A DNA stretch of 64,000 bases from Octopus vulgaris (GCA_951406725.2 OX597814.1:213776001-213840000), one strand, 5' to 3'. Positions 14,831 to 29,763 are shown, counted from the stretch's first letter. A program made the numbers and translations. The notes: generated by a model from the letters alone, not told the origin.

Positions 14831-16469
14831 TCAGAAGTAAACATGTTCTCCTAGTGTTTTTAACATATTTTGCTCCGTATGTCGTTTCTTGCTTTTGTTT
14901 AAGTATGTTTTATCTTTGTTGTGGTGAATGTTGCAAACTAATGGTCCATCCCCGAGTAGCCCAACTAGCAACGCCACAAGGTCACGCATATAAGTATAAA
15001 TTTTATGAAGGATATTTTATAACTTTGTAGAAAAATGGAATTAATGTCTTGGCCATGCAGCTAATCGTTTACCTTGATAATAAGCAATTATTCCTTCTGA
15101 ATTTTTTGCTGACAAACTATCCTGTATTATGTTATGTAATGTTGTTTTCCCATGGTCAAAGGTTGATCGAACAAACATACAATATATGGCATTCCCATTG
15201 TAAAAATCTCTTTTTTTTTTCAGAGAGTATATCTAGGGTTACAAAATCAGTTTTGAGTTTTCAATTTTGTGTTCATTTTGTGTTTTCAATTGGATATAAT
15301 TTTTAAGATTAGTTTTGACTTTGAAAAAAACTGCCGTTACTTCTATCAACCAAATATTAGGGCATTTAATTCCTCCTTTAATCCTTGTGCTTCTTTTATT
15401 TAAACAGAAACCCAGTAGTGGATCACATCAAGGATTTCTCTACAGATACACCATGAATAGAGACAAAGATTTGAATAATTTGAGAAATATTTTTTCTCTC
15501 ATTCTTTCTTTCTCTTACGTTCTCATCCTTTCTAACTGTTTTCTATCTGTTTCTTTCGCTTCCTCTCAAAAGTGTTTTCTTGTGTAAATATAGATAGAAT
15601 TTCAGTAATGGCTAATTGTTTTATTTTAACCAATAAAGATTCTCTATAATTCAGCTCTTCGTTTATAATGTGAGCTGTTGGTTTAGAAACCCATTATTAA
15701 TGCATAAAATATAAACATATGGCATGGAACGACTGCAAACATAGAATAGAGAAACTTGAAATAAATCAATTTTCTCAATTATTTACATTATATCTTGGAG
15801 ACAAAATTAAAAATGAAATACCATTCATCAAATGCAGAGACACACGTTAAAAATTTCTGTAGATTCAAAGGCGTGGGATGTTAAAAATACATGACTAATA
15901 GCAACACGTGTACACTTTTCTGAAGCTTCTAGAGAGTATCATTTTGTAAAATATAGTAGCCAAAAGAATAATTTTAAGACAAAAATCCTACTTCATAATA
16001 TCTTTAAAACTTTATTACATTAATGTATCAATGATAAACACATAAACTTGTCAAAATATAAAGTAGTAGGTTCTAATTGTAACGCTTAATTTTCTCAAAT
16101 TTTGTCTTGCTGAATTTCTTTTTTCTTTATTTTTGTTTCCATGTTTTTTGTTGTTGTTTTTTGTATTTTTTAATATTTTTCATCTGTCAATGAAATTTCC
16201 CTGCAGGCGATAATCTCATGGGACTTTGAAATTGAAAGGTGTTATTATCTTTTTTTTATCATTATTTTATCTTTGTTTATCTCATTTATAAGAATATTGC
16301 TTTCTTTTTCTAAAATTTGACTTATAAAATAATGTGTTACTTTTTGCGTTTATATGTGTTCTTGTGTGAATATATATATATGTGTGTGTGTTTGTATGTA
16401 TTCATAGACATATATATGCTTATATAAATATATATATATATATATGTACGTATATATATGTATATATAC

Positions 16470-16528
<59 letters not shown>

Positions 16529-16808
16529 TATATATACGCATGTATGAATGAATCTCTGCTCACATGCATCTAAGCGTGGATGGTGAATATAACGTTTCGT
16601 AAAAATAATGGCATCGTCGCGATTTCATTCATTTTATTTCGAAAATGGAGGCTAATCAAAACATGAATTCTTGTAAATTTTTACCACTGGCAATAATTTT
16701 CTCAAATTATAACCAACACTTTTGCAACTAAAGGATATTCTTCACGCCAGAAATTTATTCCACGTGTTATAATGAGTGTGCACAATAAATGGAATATATT
16801 GGGAGTAG

Positions 16809-17673
16809 TATTAAATTGTTTTAAAAAAAAAAACCTGGAACGCTGCTACTACTATTACGTAGTAAAATGAGTTCTAACATATTAGATATATTGTGGAGTG
16901 AATCTGCTTTTTGGCTGTATTGTGACAACTAAGAAAATGTGGCGACATTATTAGACCTCATCAGCGAAGCATGGCCTATCCGATCAAAGCAATCCAGTTA
17001 GCTTCCATCGTAACATATTTAATGTTTGCTAATATTGATTCGTTTTCATGTAATATATTACAAATATCTTTCAAATGGATGTCAAGAAATTTCTAAATTT
17101 ATAATTAGTGATGACTTTGGAAAGCTTACAAACAGTTACGATAATTTTCTCTTGAAGCATATGTAAATTAGTCACTGATGTTTATATGCCGCCCAACATT
17201 TAATCGTTTCTGTGGTGTGTGATTAAGTGACTAAGCTTTCAAATACGGGCGACTTTCGTTTTGTAAAAGGCGTGCAATATATTTAATACGTGGTCTGAAG
17301 AGCGTGGCATGGTAAAGTGATGCGAGGATAAGAGATGAATATATTGTTTGAACTTGAATTTATGTGATATCTAGTTAAATAGTTCAAATGTGCACAGGAA
17401 CTTATATGTATGTTGACGAGTTAGTCTTCAGCACCTAAATAAATATGGTAAAAGTGTATACTTATTTGCTTTCTAGTTATTTGAAGATCAGATAATATGG
17501 TTAGGCTATGCTTTGCTGATGAGGTCTAATAATGTCGCCACATTTTTGGAGTTGTCACAATACAGCCAAAGAGCAGATTCACTCAACACTACATCTAATA
17601 CATTAGCACTCATTTTACTACAAAATAGTAGCAGCAGTATTCCAGGGCTTTTTTTTTTTTTAACAATTCAATA
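16809..17673. mobile_element. Long-TIR non-autonomous element / fold-back
   Basis: About 175-bp imperfect inverted arms at 16809-16981 and 17499-17673, TA at both outer ends, no ORF. Confidence 0.65.
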
Positions 17674-18740
17674 AAATATTCGGAGGCCATATAGAATGTT
17701 TCTCTCACCAGATTTCTGAATAGGAGTGAAGAATTACAACGGCAAATATTAATTTTTCTCTTTCATAAGGATAGGTAAATATTTAAACGACAACGTCTTA
17801 ATCCAGTAGCGTTTTTTGAAGAGGAAAATTTGCTTCGCAGATATTCCAAAGTTGTTATGGTTCACAACATCCTCAGCGATATTTTGCACTATTTATTTAA
17901 CACTGACTTCGTTTCCGTGTACTCATTAAAAATTGCAAGTTGCTCGACTAGTGATTAATTCATGCAGAAAATTCAAGCAATCGATTTGTCCATTTGACCA
18001 TAACATTCGTAAAGATTAATAATGACCATGAAATGAATAACTTACGAATTTATAGACGACTGGCATTTAATGATAAGGAGAGTACACGGTATAATGGTTT
18101 AAATTATTGTTGCACTGGAAATCTATCAGTTTTTCTTCACTGCCAGTAAACATTATACGAATATATATACAAATATATGTTATTTAATCACGCATAAAGA
18201 AAACTAGATATTAACTGAAAGAGCACTCGCTACAGTTAAATGGAATATATAGCTTATTTTCACTTGAACAAAACACGCAGTGAATTCGAATTTCTACTGG
18301 GCGTTTGCTTCGTCGGGCATCGAGTTTTATAATCTCAGTTTTGCTCCAACTTGTTTGTGTAACATATCCAACGCTATACAGGACTTAGTTGAATTGCAAA
18401 GTATAAATTATTCTGGATTTCACATAGAGTATTTAAGTGGGTGTGGATAAAGGAAGAAGAAACAAAATAATATGGGATATTTGAGAAGAAGACACACTAT
18501 GACAACAATAACTATATGTGATGTATAAGGTAGAGAGGTGAAATATCGAAGACAAAATTGCATAGAAAACTAATTCACTGGCATTGGTATTTAACAAGCA
18601 TTCGTCAACCGAAATACGCATACTCAACACACATACGCACACACATACCCAAATCCATATACATACACATATACACACACTAGAGAGGTGTGTGGAAAAC
18701 AATGCAAAAGTGGGCATAATTTTTTTTATTATTATTATTA

Positions 18741-19040
18741 ATTGATATCACGTGATCACGTGACCGACCAGACCATCAGATGTTGTTACACATCGCTGGT
18801 CACAATGCGGTCGCATTGTTTTAGCCTTCGAATGACGCTACCCCGCTGGTTAGGCGAGCAGGCCAACTGAAGAAAGAGTGGTGAAAGAGTACAGCAGGGA
18901 TCACCACCCCCTGCCGGAGCCTCATGGAGCTTTTAGGTGTTTTCGCTCAATAAACACTCACAACGCCCGGTCTGGGAATCGAAACAGCGATCCTGCGACC
19001 GCGAGTCCGCTGCCCTAACCACTAGGCCATTGCGCCTCCA
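18741..19040 (-). mobile_element. SINE with family-C head and a different 3' body (C')
   Basis: Head as in SINE-C to about 18880, then an unrelated tail. Confidence 0.8.
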
Positions 19041-19149
19041 CATTGAACCACATACATTGCTCATATGCTCACACACCCACAAATTGCTGATACCGTCTGT
19101 ATTTATAAACTTTCGAGAAAGTGTGAAATAAGTCTGGTTTTTCTTTGAA

Positions 19150-20930
19150 CAGTGGCTCTCGAAGTACATAAAGATATAAGCAATAGCATGTTGGAAATTT
19201 TGGGGGTAGAATATGTTGATGGTCGCCTTCGGCCCAATAGCTTTATGTGCTTCAAGATACACCAAGATTGCTGTTTGGAGAGAGAAACTCTTCCTCCGTA
19301 TAAAAATACTACTCAACATAATCTCCATCAACAGCGATGCATTTGCAAACACGTTCAGCCTCACTCACGAACCTACCTTTATGGAAAAAATTCAGATGAA
19401 CACTGTTGCACCCACTTTCTCCACAGTTCCATTCACCTTGTTTGTGTCATCAAATCCGTTATCCTCGAACACCGCTCTTCATTGGACTGAACAGGTGCAA
19501 GCTGGAGTGTGTTATATTCGAGCTGTATCCTGGATGGGGACCACTTAGTTCGATTTGCCCATTGCTTGATTCGTTACCAAAATGCGTGTGGTTGCACATT
19601 TTCATGGTAACCGTGGATCGGTTTCAGATACTTATATTTATTTCAGATACTTCCACTTAATGGTTATTCTAAGCATTTGCTGAGTGTCTCAATATACTGC
19701 TTGCTGCTCACAGTACAGATGTACAGTAATCGTTCGCCATATCGCGGTTCACCTATCGCGCCCTCAGTACATCACGGATTTTTCTGGCTAATATATATAA
19801 ATTTATATCCCGGACTCCTCAAGGTTTCTGCGGCCGGTGGATATTTATATTTATATTTTTTTAGATTTTAATTATTTTTTGTGATAAAATAAGCATTTTT
19901 ACGCCTAAAAATTAATAAATAAAAATACAATACAGTACTGCACTGTGTAACACATTAATTAAAGCATATTAAAAGAAAATAGGTAATGTACTGTGGATGA
20001 GTAAACGAAGAATCGCACATATTGTATGGAAAACGAAGCTCGGGAGGCGAGTGTGTGGCGTTGTTTTGCATTTATAACAAAATGAATATATACAAATTAT
20101 AAAAATGATTTCTAAAAATATACAGTACAAAATTATTTCTACTTCGCGGATTTTCACCTATCGCAAGTGGGGTTTGAAACGTAAAACCCGCGATAGTCGA
20201 GGGATTACTGTATTTCAGAAAATCAAGGAGAATAACGAAATTATCGACCCAAAGTCATCATGACTTTCTTTGTCGATCGCTGGCTTTTTGAATTTCTTAA
20301 GCCTTGAAAAGAGATATGAAGCGATATGAATCTATTCCTTTGGACTGAGTTTTCGTTTCCGATCGTAAGGATTGGGCCACGTTGTATTTCTTGTCAATAG
20401 ATCAGAACAAAAACCTATCTTCATTGCCTTCAAATACTTCCAGCAAGTCAGACTAGCCTGATCACCTTTTCTCCTTTGAATGAAATACCAACTGCAGAGG
20501 TAGCCGCTTAGCATAAACTTTCCTATACCCAAGCTCTTCTACCATGTCCTGCAAAGCATTGTGAGCAAAATCCAATTATGCGGCAAGCTCAGAGAGTGTA
20601 ACTGGTTTGTCAGCTCATATAAATTCTTCCACTCGCTAGCAATTCCTGCCAGTAAGTCGAAATTGATGGTTTTCCCCTGAATGGTTTGTCTGGTCTCTTC
20701 TTTAAACGTCTTTCATCAGTACGCTTTGTTCTTGTCAATGTTGTCAACTCCGTAAACAATCTTAAGGCCTCAGTGGATGACGGACAACCTGCACACCTCC
20801 TTTGTGAAGAATTCAATGACACTAGATTCCTTCAGCTTGGAACCAATTATTTTCCTGAAATTACAGGGATAAGAGACACTTTAGATGAAAAGTTACTCTA
20901 CCAACATGTACCATTCGTACAACTTATGTC
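19150..20930 (-). mobile_element. mariner transposon relic, split by a MITE
   Basis: Minus-strand fragments SVIEFFTKE..LKIVYGVDNIDK, LGYRKVYAKR, HENVQPH, PHPGYS, KCIAVDGDYVE*. Confidence 0.7.
19724..20210. mobile_element. pogo/Tigger-like MITE
   Basis: TA-CAGTAATCGTTCGCCATATCGCGG ... CCGCGATAGTCGAGGGATTACTG-TA: terminal inverted repeats with TA duplication. Confidence 0.85.
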
Positions 20931-21017
20931 AGTTAAAAGGGGGACATGCTCACTTGTGCATTATTTGCGACACAGACCTTGTTCATATGTTTGCGTGTAA
21001 GTATGTAAGTGCGTATA

Positions 21018-21417
21018 TACTCTTTTACTCTTTTACTTGTTTCAGTCATTTGACTGCGGCCTTGCTGGAGCACCGCCTTTAGTCGAGCAACTCGACCCCG
21101 GGACTTATTCTTTGTAAGCCCAGTACTTATTCTATCGGTCTCTTTTGCCGGACCGCTAAGTGACGGGGAAGTAAACACACCAGCATCGGTTGTCAAGCAA
21201 TGCTAGGGGGACAAACACAGACACACAAACACATACATATATATACATATATACGACAGGCTTCTTTCAGTTTCCGTCTACCAAAATCCACTCACAAGGC
21301 ATTGGTCGGCCCGGGGCTATAGCAGAAGACACTTGCCCAAGGTGCCACGCAGTGGGACTGAACCCGGAACCATGTGGTTGGTTAGCAAGCTACTTACCAC
21401 ACAGCCACTCCTGCGCC
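21018..21417 (-). mobile_element. SINE-B
   Basis: Family match. Confidence 0.9.
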
Positions 21418-22348
21418 TATGTTAGTTGTATATATTTGTTTCTCTGCATGTTCTATATAAAAACATCATTAACCACGAAATAACTTGATTAATTATTCAA
21501 GAACTAATTCAGTATATCAAATATGAGTATATGTATGCATATATATTTGTGTGTGTGTATGTTATCAGTATGGAATAATATATACATAATCTGTATTTAA
21601 AAAATAAAACAAAAGCGAGATGGGTTTTATTACTCTATGTAAGTGCTTTGAGTTATACTCGTAACTACCTTATTATAAAATCTGCAGCAGAAGCTTAGGC
21701 TCTTGTAGAATATAATTGGGTTTCGTTACGACCATCACTGTGATATGCCTTCGATGTTTTCGTATACCCAGCTCGTGTCAATAGGTGTAGTGCAAGCATT
21801 GTTTCCTGCGAAATGAATCAATAACACTATCGATTTCATATTTCGTAAGTTAAAGCTGAAGCATTCTTGCATCTTTCGGCGTTTTTACATTTATGAATGT
21901 ATTTATGAAATGTGCGTGTGTCTCTATATATGTGTGTATGCAAGTGGATACATGCGTGTGTGTGTGTGTGTGCTTATGTCTGAATCCAAAAACATCTTAG
22001 ATATGTATTGTTTCCCTACTTTAATTTTTCAAACAATGATTTCTAAAAATAGCTCTTAACCTCGCAATACACTTTCTCCTCTCCCTCTTTCTCTCCTTTC
22101 TTTTTGCTCTCTTTTCCGCCATTCTCCCTCCCTTTCGCTTTCACTCTTTCTTTTTTCTCTCTCCTTCATCCGATCTCTCTCTCCTACTGTCTGCCTACCA
22201 AGAACTTCCTTCATATATATGTGCGTGTATGTGTATGTGTGTGTGCAAGTGTGTGTGTACGTGTGTATGTGTGTGTACGTGTGTGTGTGTGCGTGTGTGT
22301 GTGTGTGTGTGTGCGTGTGTGTGTTTGTGTGTGTTTGTGTGTGCGTGC

Positions 22349-22392
<44 letters not shown>

Positions 22393-23129
22393 TTGTGTGT
22401 AAGAAAAGAGAGATGACAGGAATAAACGATTACCTTATCAACTTCATTAGCTAACAGTTGTTTCCGATGTAGGATGCGGTTGACTCATTGTTGAATGCCT
22501 GAGTAACACCTTGTAGGTTCATTGGAACCTCAAACATGAGGAGCAATTTATTTGGGAAAACAATTACATTTAAACATATATACAGGAAAACATTACAAAT
22601 AAGAAAACATATATAGAAGATGAAATTCAGGGGCTACTCGCATAATTAGAATAAGATTGCTTCTAAGATGCGTATACTGATCGATATGCCCAGATGTAGA
22701 GAAAGAGTAAATAGATCTATCAGTAAGAACATATGTACATAGAGGGAGAGAAAGAGACTTATACATTTAGACATGTATATAGACATACGCAAAGACACAT
22801 ACATGCATATACGTGTACATACATAACACTCACACATACACAGATCTATATATATATATAAACACACATGCATTTATCCACATACACACATACACACACG
22901 GCATACGCGTGCATGCACGCGCACAGACATTTGCTTGCTACTCCCAATATTCCACTTCCAATATTCCACTTAGAACAATTGTTAACATATCGTAGCCTTC
23001 ACTTTGAGATTATTTCCTTTCTCTGATGCTACTATATCCATTGAGAACTGCTCTCACATGATAAACGCTAATTATATCAGACTTCAGAAATCTTTGACAA
23101 AAGCAATTCTCATTTTTAGTTATTTATTT

Positions 23130-23900
23130 ATTTATTTATTTTTATACAAGCAAAGCCTTCAACTGTGTCTATCATAAGAACCACATTGCTACGATTTCCA
23201 CCCATGTGCTTTATCCATATTTAATATCATGAATTAATGCTTTCCTGCAAATCTGTGTCATTTCAGTTTGTTCCAAAGAAGCATTTTCTCACCTAAATTT
23301 CATCAACTCCAATGCACTCTAAGATTCAGTCAAGTTTTCACACCTTTTCTGCTGCGGTGATCTACTTAATAACACTAACCACACACACACATTTACTTTA
23401 CAACTGCGGCAACTTAGGCATCTCCGCCAAGACTTGCACAGACAGCTCGAAATCTGGGCTTTCTTCAATAGCATCATACGACACAATGGCTCGAAAATAC
23501 AATTTCAGAGAAACAGTAAGCCTCCAGAATTGCTCTTAAGTTTAGGTTTCATGAACTCTGGTGAGCTTGCATTGAAATAGCGGTATTCAGTTCAGTTAAG
23601 TTCTCCTTGGAACCAGCTAACTGGATACCACTGTCAGTAGCAAATGATGCGCATGATTCTTCTTTCCTTTTCACTCTTAATGTCCTAGGTCTATCTCGAA
23701 GCGGTTTTCTTGACCATTTAATTTCAGAACTACAACTTCATTTCCACTTCTCTTTCTCTTGCATTTTTAAACGCCAACATTCGACAATAAAGACTGAACG
23801 TAAATCTCGTCAATTTCATCAGTGTATGAAACTCCATAAAAATCCTGGACATCATCTCCTCTCTGAATAACATAAAAAGTATAGCAATAATTTCACTCCT
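23130..23900 (-). pseudogene. Possible highly decayed piggyBac-like transposase
   Basis: Acidic start, then GVDE and IKYG..W motifs in piggyBac-like order; many stops. Confidence 0.3.
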
Positions 23901-26315
23901 CTATAAAACGATGTATTTACTGCTTCACCAACAGAAATATTTATTTATTAATGCAAACTGACGTGTGATTTTTTTTTTATTACAGAAAAATTTGAAGCGT
24001 GTAAAAATTCTGTGTTGGTGTCTAGGTAGATGAGTGTGATTGCTTGCTCTAAATTTTGAATGAGTTCGTCCATTTATGTCGAGTCTGCTTAAGTTTAATG
24101 AATATATAACAAGTGGTTAAGCAAACATCAGCATAAGAGTGTCTGTCAAGAACCTCAGACCATAGAAGCATGAATTCACCTTCGCGCAGTAATGAAATGC
24201 TCATTAATTAAACACTTCTCGAGCAGCTTATAACACTGATTTTAATCTAAACATGACACACTATTGGCAGAACAATCCAGTAAAAAAAATTTTTCCGTCA
24301 GGTTGTTTGAATATCTACTGACTTGGAAAGCTGCTATTTTACTAAATAGAAGTGGATGATAACAATAACAAATCAACATTTTTTTGTGAGACAGCCGACA
24401 TTTTTGGAAAATTGATACACAGGACGAGACAAGTTGACATTTATTTCATCGCGAAGTTTGAAAGGAAATAACGCCATCCAAAATTCCTCTAAGGAATGAA
24501 ATACTTTTCGCTGAGAAATATGAGACATTGAAAATAGAGATATTCGAACTACTATTCAGCCAACGAAAGATTCATTCTTGCAGTGACCTTAATATATTTT
24601 TGTATGTAAATACATTTAGGTATGGGCCGCACAGCGGTGAGCAACCCGATTAAGCTATGGAAAAAGTGTGGTGAATCTTGTAACACGAAGACGCGCTGGT
24701 AAAGTTAGTGGTGGCCCCAGTGATATTGTACGGTTATTAAACATGGTTATTAAACGATGGACAAAAGCACAAAGTTTGCAATTTCTTGTTATAGTGCTGA
24801 CGCTATATAGAGTAAATCTTGTGAAAGGTTCATAAGTTCGATTTATTCATGTCCAGACCAGATAGGCAACTCTATGCGCGAGCAAAAACCCAATAGACTT
24901 TTTCTTTCGAGGGAAAGAGAACTGTAATACTTCATATTGACGCTAATAAGTGCTGGTATGTGAATTTATATCAGTAGTGAGCTAACAACGTGAAACGGTT
25001 GAAGGGCAATCATTTTATATATCACCAGCTCAGGTGTACCCCAAACCGACTTAAGCCACAAGCGATTGACGAGGATTCATTTGTCGACGTGCTGTAGCAA
25101 TGAAATGCGGTTTAATAGAATTTATAACAGATGAGTCTTTCTAGCTTAAAAGGACTACTATCACTACTGCAACCTTGTCCACAGAAAATTATTTGATGAC
25201 TTCCTAAATAGAAGTTAAAACCAGAGCACATGTAGGACTCGTACCACTGCACAAGTTCGCGCTTTGTGTGCACACGCGTCCACTTTGTAGCACTTATGAG
25301 TTTACAAGAAGGTAAAATACTCGATAGCAAAAGAAATGTGTTATATATTTTTTACTTACATAATATCTTACTTTACATTATATCTCGTATTTTAGCTTCC
25401 CGATGCAGATTTCCAAGACAATATATCAGTAGTAATACAAGAAATCCATTAATTTGAATGTTTAGGAAAAACCTGGATTATACAATAGCTTTTGATAGCA
25501 TGCAGGAGAATAATTAAGATTATAAAGAAGTTATGAAAAATAGCGCAATGGAAATATTGTTATAAAGAGAGAAAAAAAATAAATATATCAGAAATAGTTA
25601 TGACAGTAAAAGATAAAAATACTGGGAAATATATTTATGAAAAGAATAAAATAACGAAATAAACATAGTTGTGGCGTGGTTTTGAGAAGAGGAAAAAGGA
25701 AGAGGAGGGATTCTTAGATATGTGCATTCAATGCATAGCTGTTGTAAACCAAGTCTGAAAGAAAACCGAACTGTAAAGAAATGTGGCTGTAAATATATTT
25801 GCGTGTGATACCCACACAAATATCTATGCAGAGGCATATGCATGTTTAGAAATTAATATTGCTAACGGAAGTGACAATAAAATGGTGAAGTTAAAATGAT
25901 GACATTGAAATGGGTAAACAGTAAGGCTTCGTTGTGGAGTTAAGGTCGTGCGAGATGCTGTTACGGGCTATGAAAATATAACGCCATGAAAAGGAATAAA
26001 TATCAGCATCACAGCAATTTGTATGTCTGTGAAAAGCTTTTTATTGATTGTATATAAGGGCTCATAGACACACACACACACACACACCGGAACGTACACA
26101 TGTACACATGAACGTACGAATGTATGTATAGAATGCAAAGGAGAGAATAATGAAAACAACTAATCGAGTAAATATAATTATCATGTATGGTAGTGTTGGG
26201 TGGGGCGGAAGGGAGAAAAAGAAGTTTACACATGCGCATTGAGTTTGAGCAATTTTAAGACAATGATGAAAGACAACCGATCTGTTTATAAATGACGCCA
26301 TAGAATGATACGTAT

Positions 26316-26376
<61 letters not shown>

Positions 26377-26620
26377 ATATATATATATATATATATATAG
26401 TGTAATAAATAAAAATATATGCATACATACAAACATATATGTACGTACCGACATCTACATGTATATATACATGCATATATAAATATATATACGTACAGGA
26501 CATCACAGGAAGACGAAAAAATCAACAGAACGAAAACGGAAAAGACATTTTGTTACAACAGAAGGACAGAGACGTGGAACAAGACGAAACGAAAACGAAA
26601 ACGGGAAAAACAATTATCAC

Positions 26621-26705
<85 letters not shown>

Positions 26706-27049
26706 TACGAGCGTATGTACTTTCACACACATAGTAACTCACTCAGCGAACATACATGCACGCGCGAACGCACTCGTTTTGTATAAATAAGTGTAAAAAT
26801 GTAAAGAGAGGAATAACATAGAGGTGACAGAAAAATGTCAAGATACTAACATTAAAGCAGACAGTTCGTCTTGGCTGTTGAATTACGGTCTTACGGAATC
26901 TCATAATGGGGTGTGTGAAAATTTACTGACATAAAAGCATTAGAATATTAATGTGAAAGCAACATCTGCGAATATGTGAAAAAAGTTTTTTAGTATGAGC
27001 GGGATTTTCTGTAAAAATATAATCGGGAATATTAAAAAGGCGAGCGCCA

Positions 27050-27400
27050 TACTGTGTGGCATCTTGGGCAAGTGTCTTCTGCTTTAGCCCCGGGGCCGAC
27101 CAATGCCTTGTGAGTGGATTTGGTAGACGGAAACTGAAAGAAGCCTGTCGTATATATGTATTTATATATATGTATGTGTGTGTGTGTGTGTTTGTTCCCC
27201 TTGCATTGCTTGACAACCGATGCTGGTGTGTTTACGTCCCCGTCACTTAGCGGTTCGGCAAAATGAGACCGATAGAATAAGTACTGGGCTTACAAAAAGA
27301 ATAAGTCCTGGGGTCGAGTTGCTCGACTAAAGGCGGTGCTCCAGCATGGCCGCAGTCAAATGACTGAAACAAGTAAAAGAGTAAAAGAGTAAAAGAGTAT
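27050..27400 (+). mobile_element. SINE-B, 5'-truncated
   Basis: Family match. Confidence 0.88.
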
Positions 27401-27546
27401 ACTAAGAGGAATAAAGAGGATTTGACAAGGGTCGAAATTACGTGAAATTAGCGATGAATCGATAGTGAATGGTATGGGTGCAATTCCTTTTACAGTAAAT
27501 GTGCCTAAGTAAACCCCTCCTCGAAACCAAGCATACTCAAGAACCA

Positions 27547-27958
27547 TACTCCTTTACTTGTTTCAGTCATTTGACTGCGACCATGCTGGAGCACTGCCTT
27601 TAGTCGAGCAAATCGACCCCAGGACTTATTCTTTGGAAACCTAGTACTTATTCCATTGGACTCATTTGCCGAACCGCTAAGTTACGGGGACGTAAACACG
27701 GTTATCAAGCGACGTTGGGGGGGACAAACACAGACACACGAACACACACATACACACACACATATATATATATATACATATACATATACATATATACGAC
27801 GGGTTTCTTTCAGTTTCCGTCAACCAAATCCACTCAAAAGGCTTTGGTCGGCCCGAGGCTATAGCAGAAGACACTTGCCCAAGGTTCCACGCAGTGGGAC
27901 CGAACCCAGAACCATGTGGTCGGTAAGCAATCTACTTACCACACAGCCACTCCTGCGC
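27547..27958 (-). mobile_element. SINE-B
   Basis: Family match; tail-to-tail with the previous copy. Confidence 0.88.
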
Positions 27959-28373
27959 CATGTTTATTTTATTACCTCTTTACATTATTTATTTATTTGT
28001 ATGTTCTGTCTACACATATGTACGTGTGGGTGGTGTTATGTATATATTGGTAAAGTTTTTGACACACTTAACCATATACATACACGTTTGCCATCGATAT
28101 AGCTGTTTCCATATCGTTATATTTTCACACTTCTATAACGTGATTCATAAGTCCGTAAACGTACAAACAAGGTTCTCTATTTACCAATTCTTGACATTAT
28201 CATCACAACAATTTTTCTGTCACTTGCGTTTGAACGTGTTTATACGCATACGTGTTGTACATTTATATCTGAATGTGTGGGGGTATGTATGTGTGTGTCT
28301 GTGTCTGTCTGTGTCTGTGTATGTGTGTGTTTCTGAGTGTATATGTGTGTATGCATATATTGTCAGCAATACC

Positions 28374-28605
28374 TATTTCTTTATTACCCACAAGGGGCTA
28401 AACATAGAGGGAACAAACAAGGACAGACATAGGTATTAAGTCGATTACATCGACCCCAGTGCGTAACTGGTACTTTAATTTATCGACCCCGAAAGGATGA
28501 AAGGCAAAGTCGACCTCGGCGGAATTTGAACTCAGAACGTAACGGCAGACGAAATACCGCAAAGCATTTCGCCCGGCGTGCTAACCGTTCTGCCAGCTCG
28601 CCGCC
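28374..28605 (-). mobile_element. SINE-A with 16-bp TSD
   Basis: TATTGTCAGCAATACC at 28358-28373 and 28609-28624. Confidence 0.92.
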
Positions 28606-29065
28606 TTTTATTGTCAGCAATACCATTCCACAACCACTTTCTAAAACTCCAATCTAAGCTTACCATTGCTGAGCAAGGAATGGTCATTCACAAGAAACTG
28701 TATTCCTTCGCTTTCCTCCGCTGTTCACCATCGTTCACAATAATTTATTCGTCATCTTATCATTTTTATAATTTTATTTTGTCGTTATAATTGTTTCCTA
28801 TTCCCTTATCTTTCAACCTTGATAACTATACTACCATTATCATTTTTAATTATTCTTATGCACTCAATTAAGGGCTATCTTTTCGTCTAGGCTTTCCAAT
28901 ATATTCAAAATAACAGCTTCCTAGTGCCATTTTTTTTTAAATATTAACAAGTTCGGCAACGTGAATCTTTAAATTACAAGTTATTACTATTAAACAATTG
29001 ATACACACACACACACACGTGGGCACACACTCACACACACACACACATATATAATATATATATAT

Positions 29066-29275
29066 AACTAAAAATAAGGGTGTCTGAGAGACACCACCAT
29101 GCTGAAATAGCAGTCAAATCCCTGACTCTAAAAACCACGTAAAATGTTCATATCGCACCAGATAAATGTTTAGATAAGACAGGTGCGATATGAACATTTA
29201 AGGTGGTTTTTAGAGTCAGGGATTTGACTGCTATTTCGGCATAGTGGTGTCTCTCAGACACCCTTATTTTCAGTT
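29066..29275. repeat. Fold-back inverted repeat, 94-bp arms, 22-bp spacer
   Basis: 29066-29159 is the reverse complement of 29182-29275 with few mismatches. Confidence 0.92.
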
Positions 29276-29368
29276 GTAAAAAATTATTACCTTTGTATGG
29301 TATTTTTTCCTATGCTGGCCACTTGATAATATCGATATTTAAATATCGATATTATCTATATTTATAAA

Positions 29369-29421
<53 letters not shown>

Positions 29422-29595
29422 GAATAATAAGGAGAAAGTTCTTTGTACAGTATATTTGAAAGAATGAATGGAGATGGCTTTTTTGAGGGGATAATTTATA
29501 ATTTATTCTTAATAATAATGTTTACTGTAAACATTATTATTAAGATTAAAATAAAAGTTATCCCCTCAAAAAAAGCCATCTCTACTCATTCTTTC

Positions 29596-29669
<74 letters not shown>

Positions 29670-29763
29670 TTATGTCACAATATATAGATTCAAGTAATCC
29701 GGTAATACTAATAAAAAAACGCTCCTTAATGTATCATATGGTACAAACTATATAGGATATGTA

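Noticed and set aside
17517-17560. CTGATGA in the long TIR (also at 34563)
   Set aside because: No stem II followed by GAAA
24260-25250. Possible decayed transposase (piggyBac-like) on the plus strand
   Set aside because: Motifs too degenerate to support by eye
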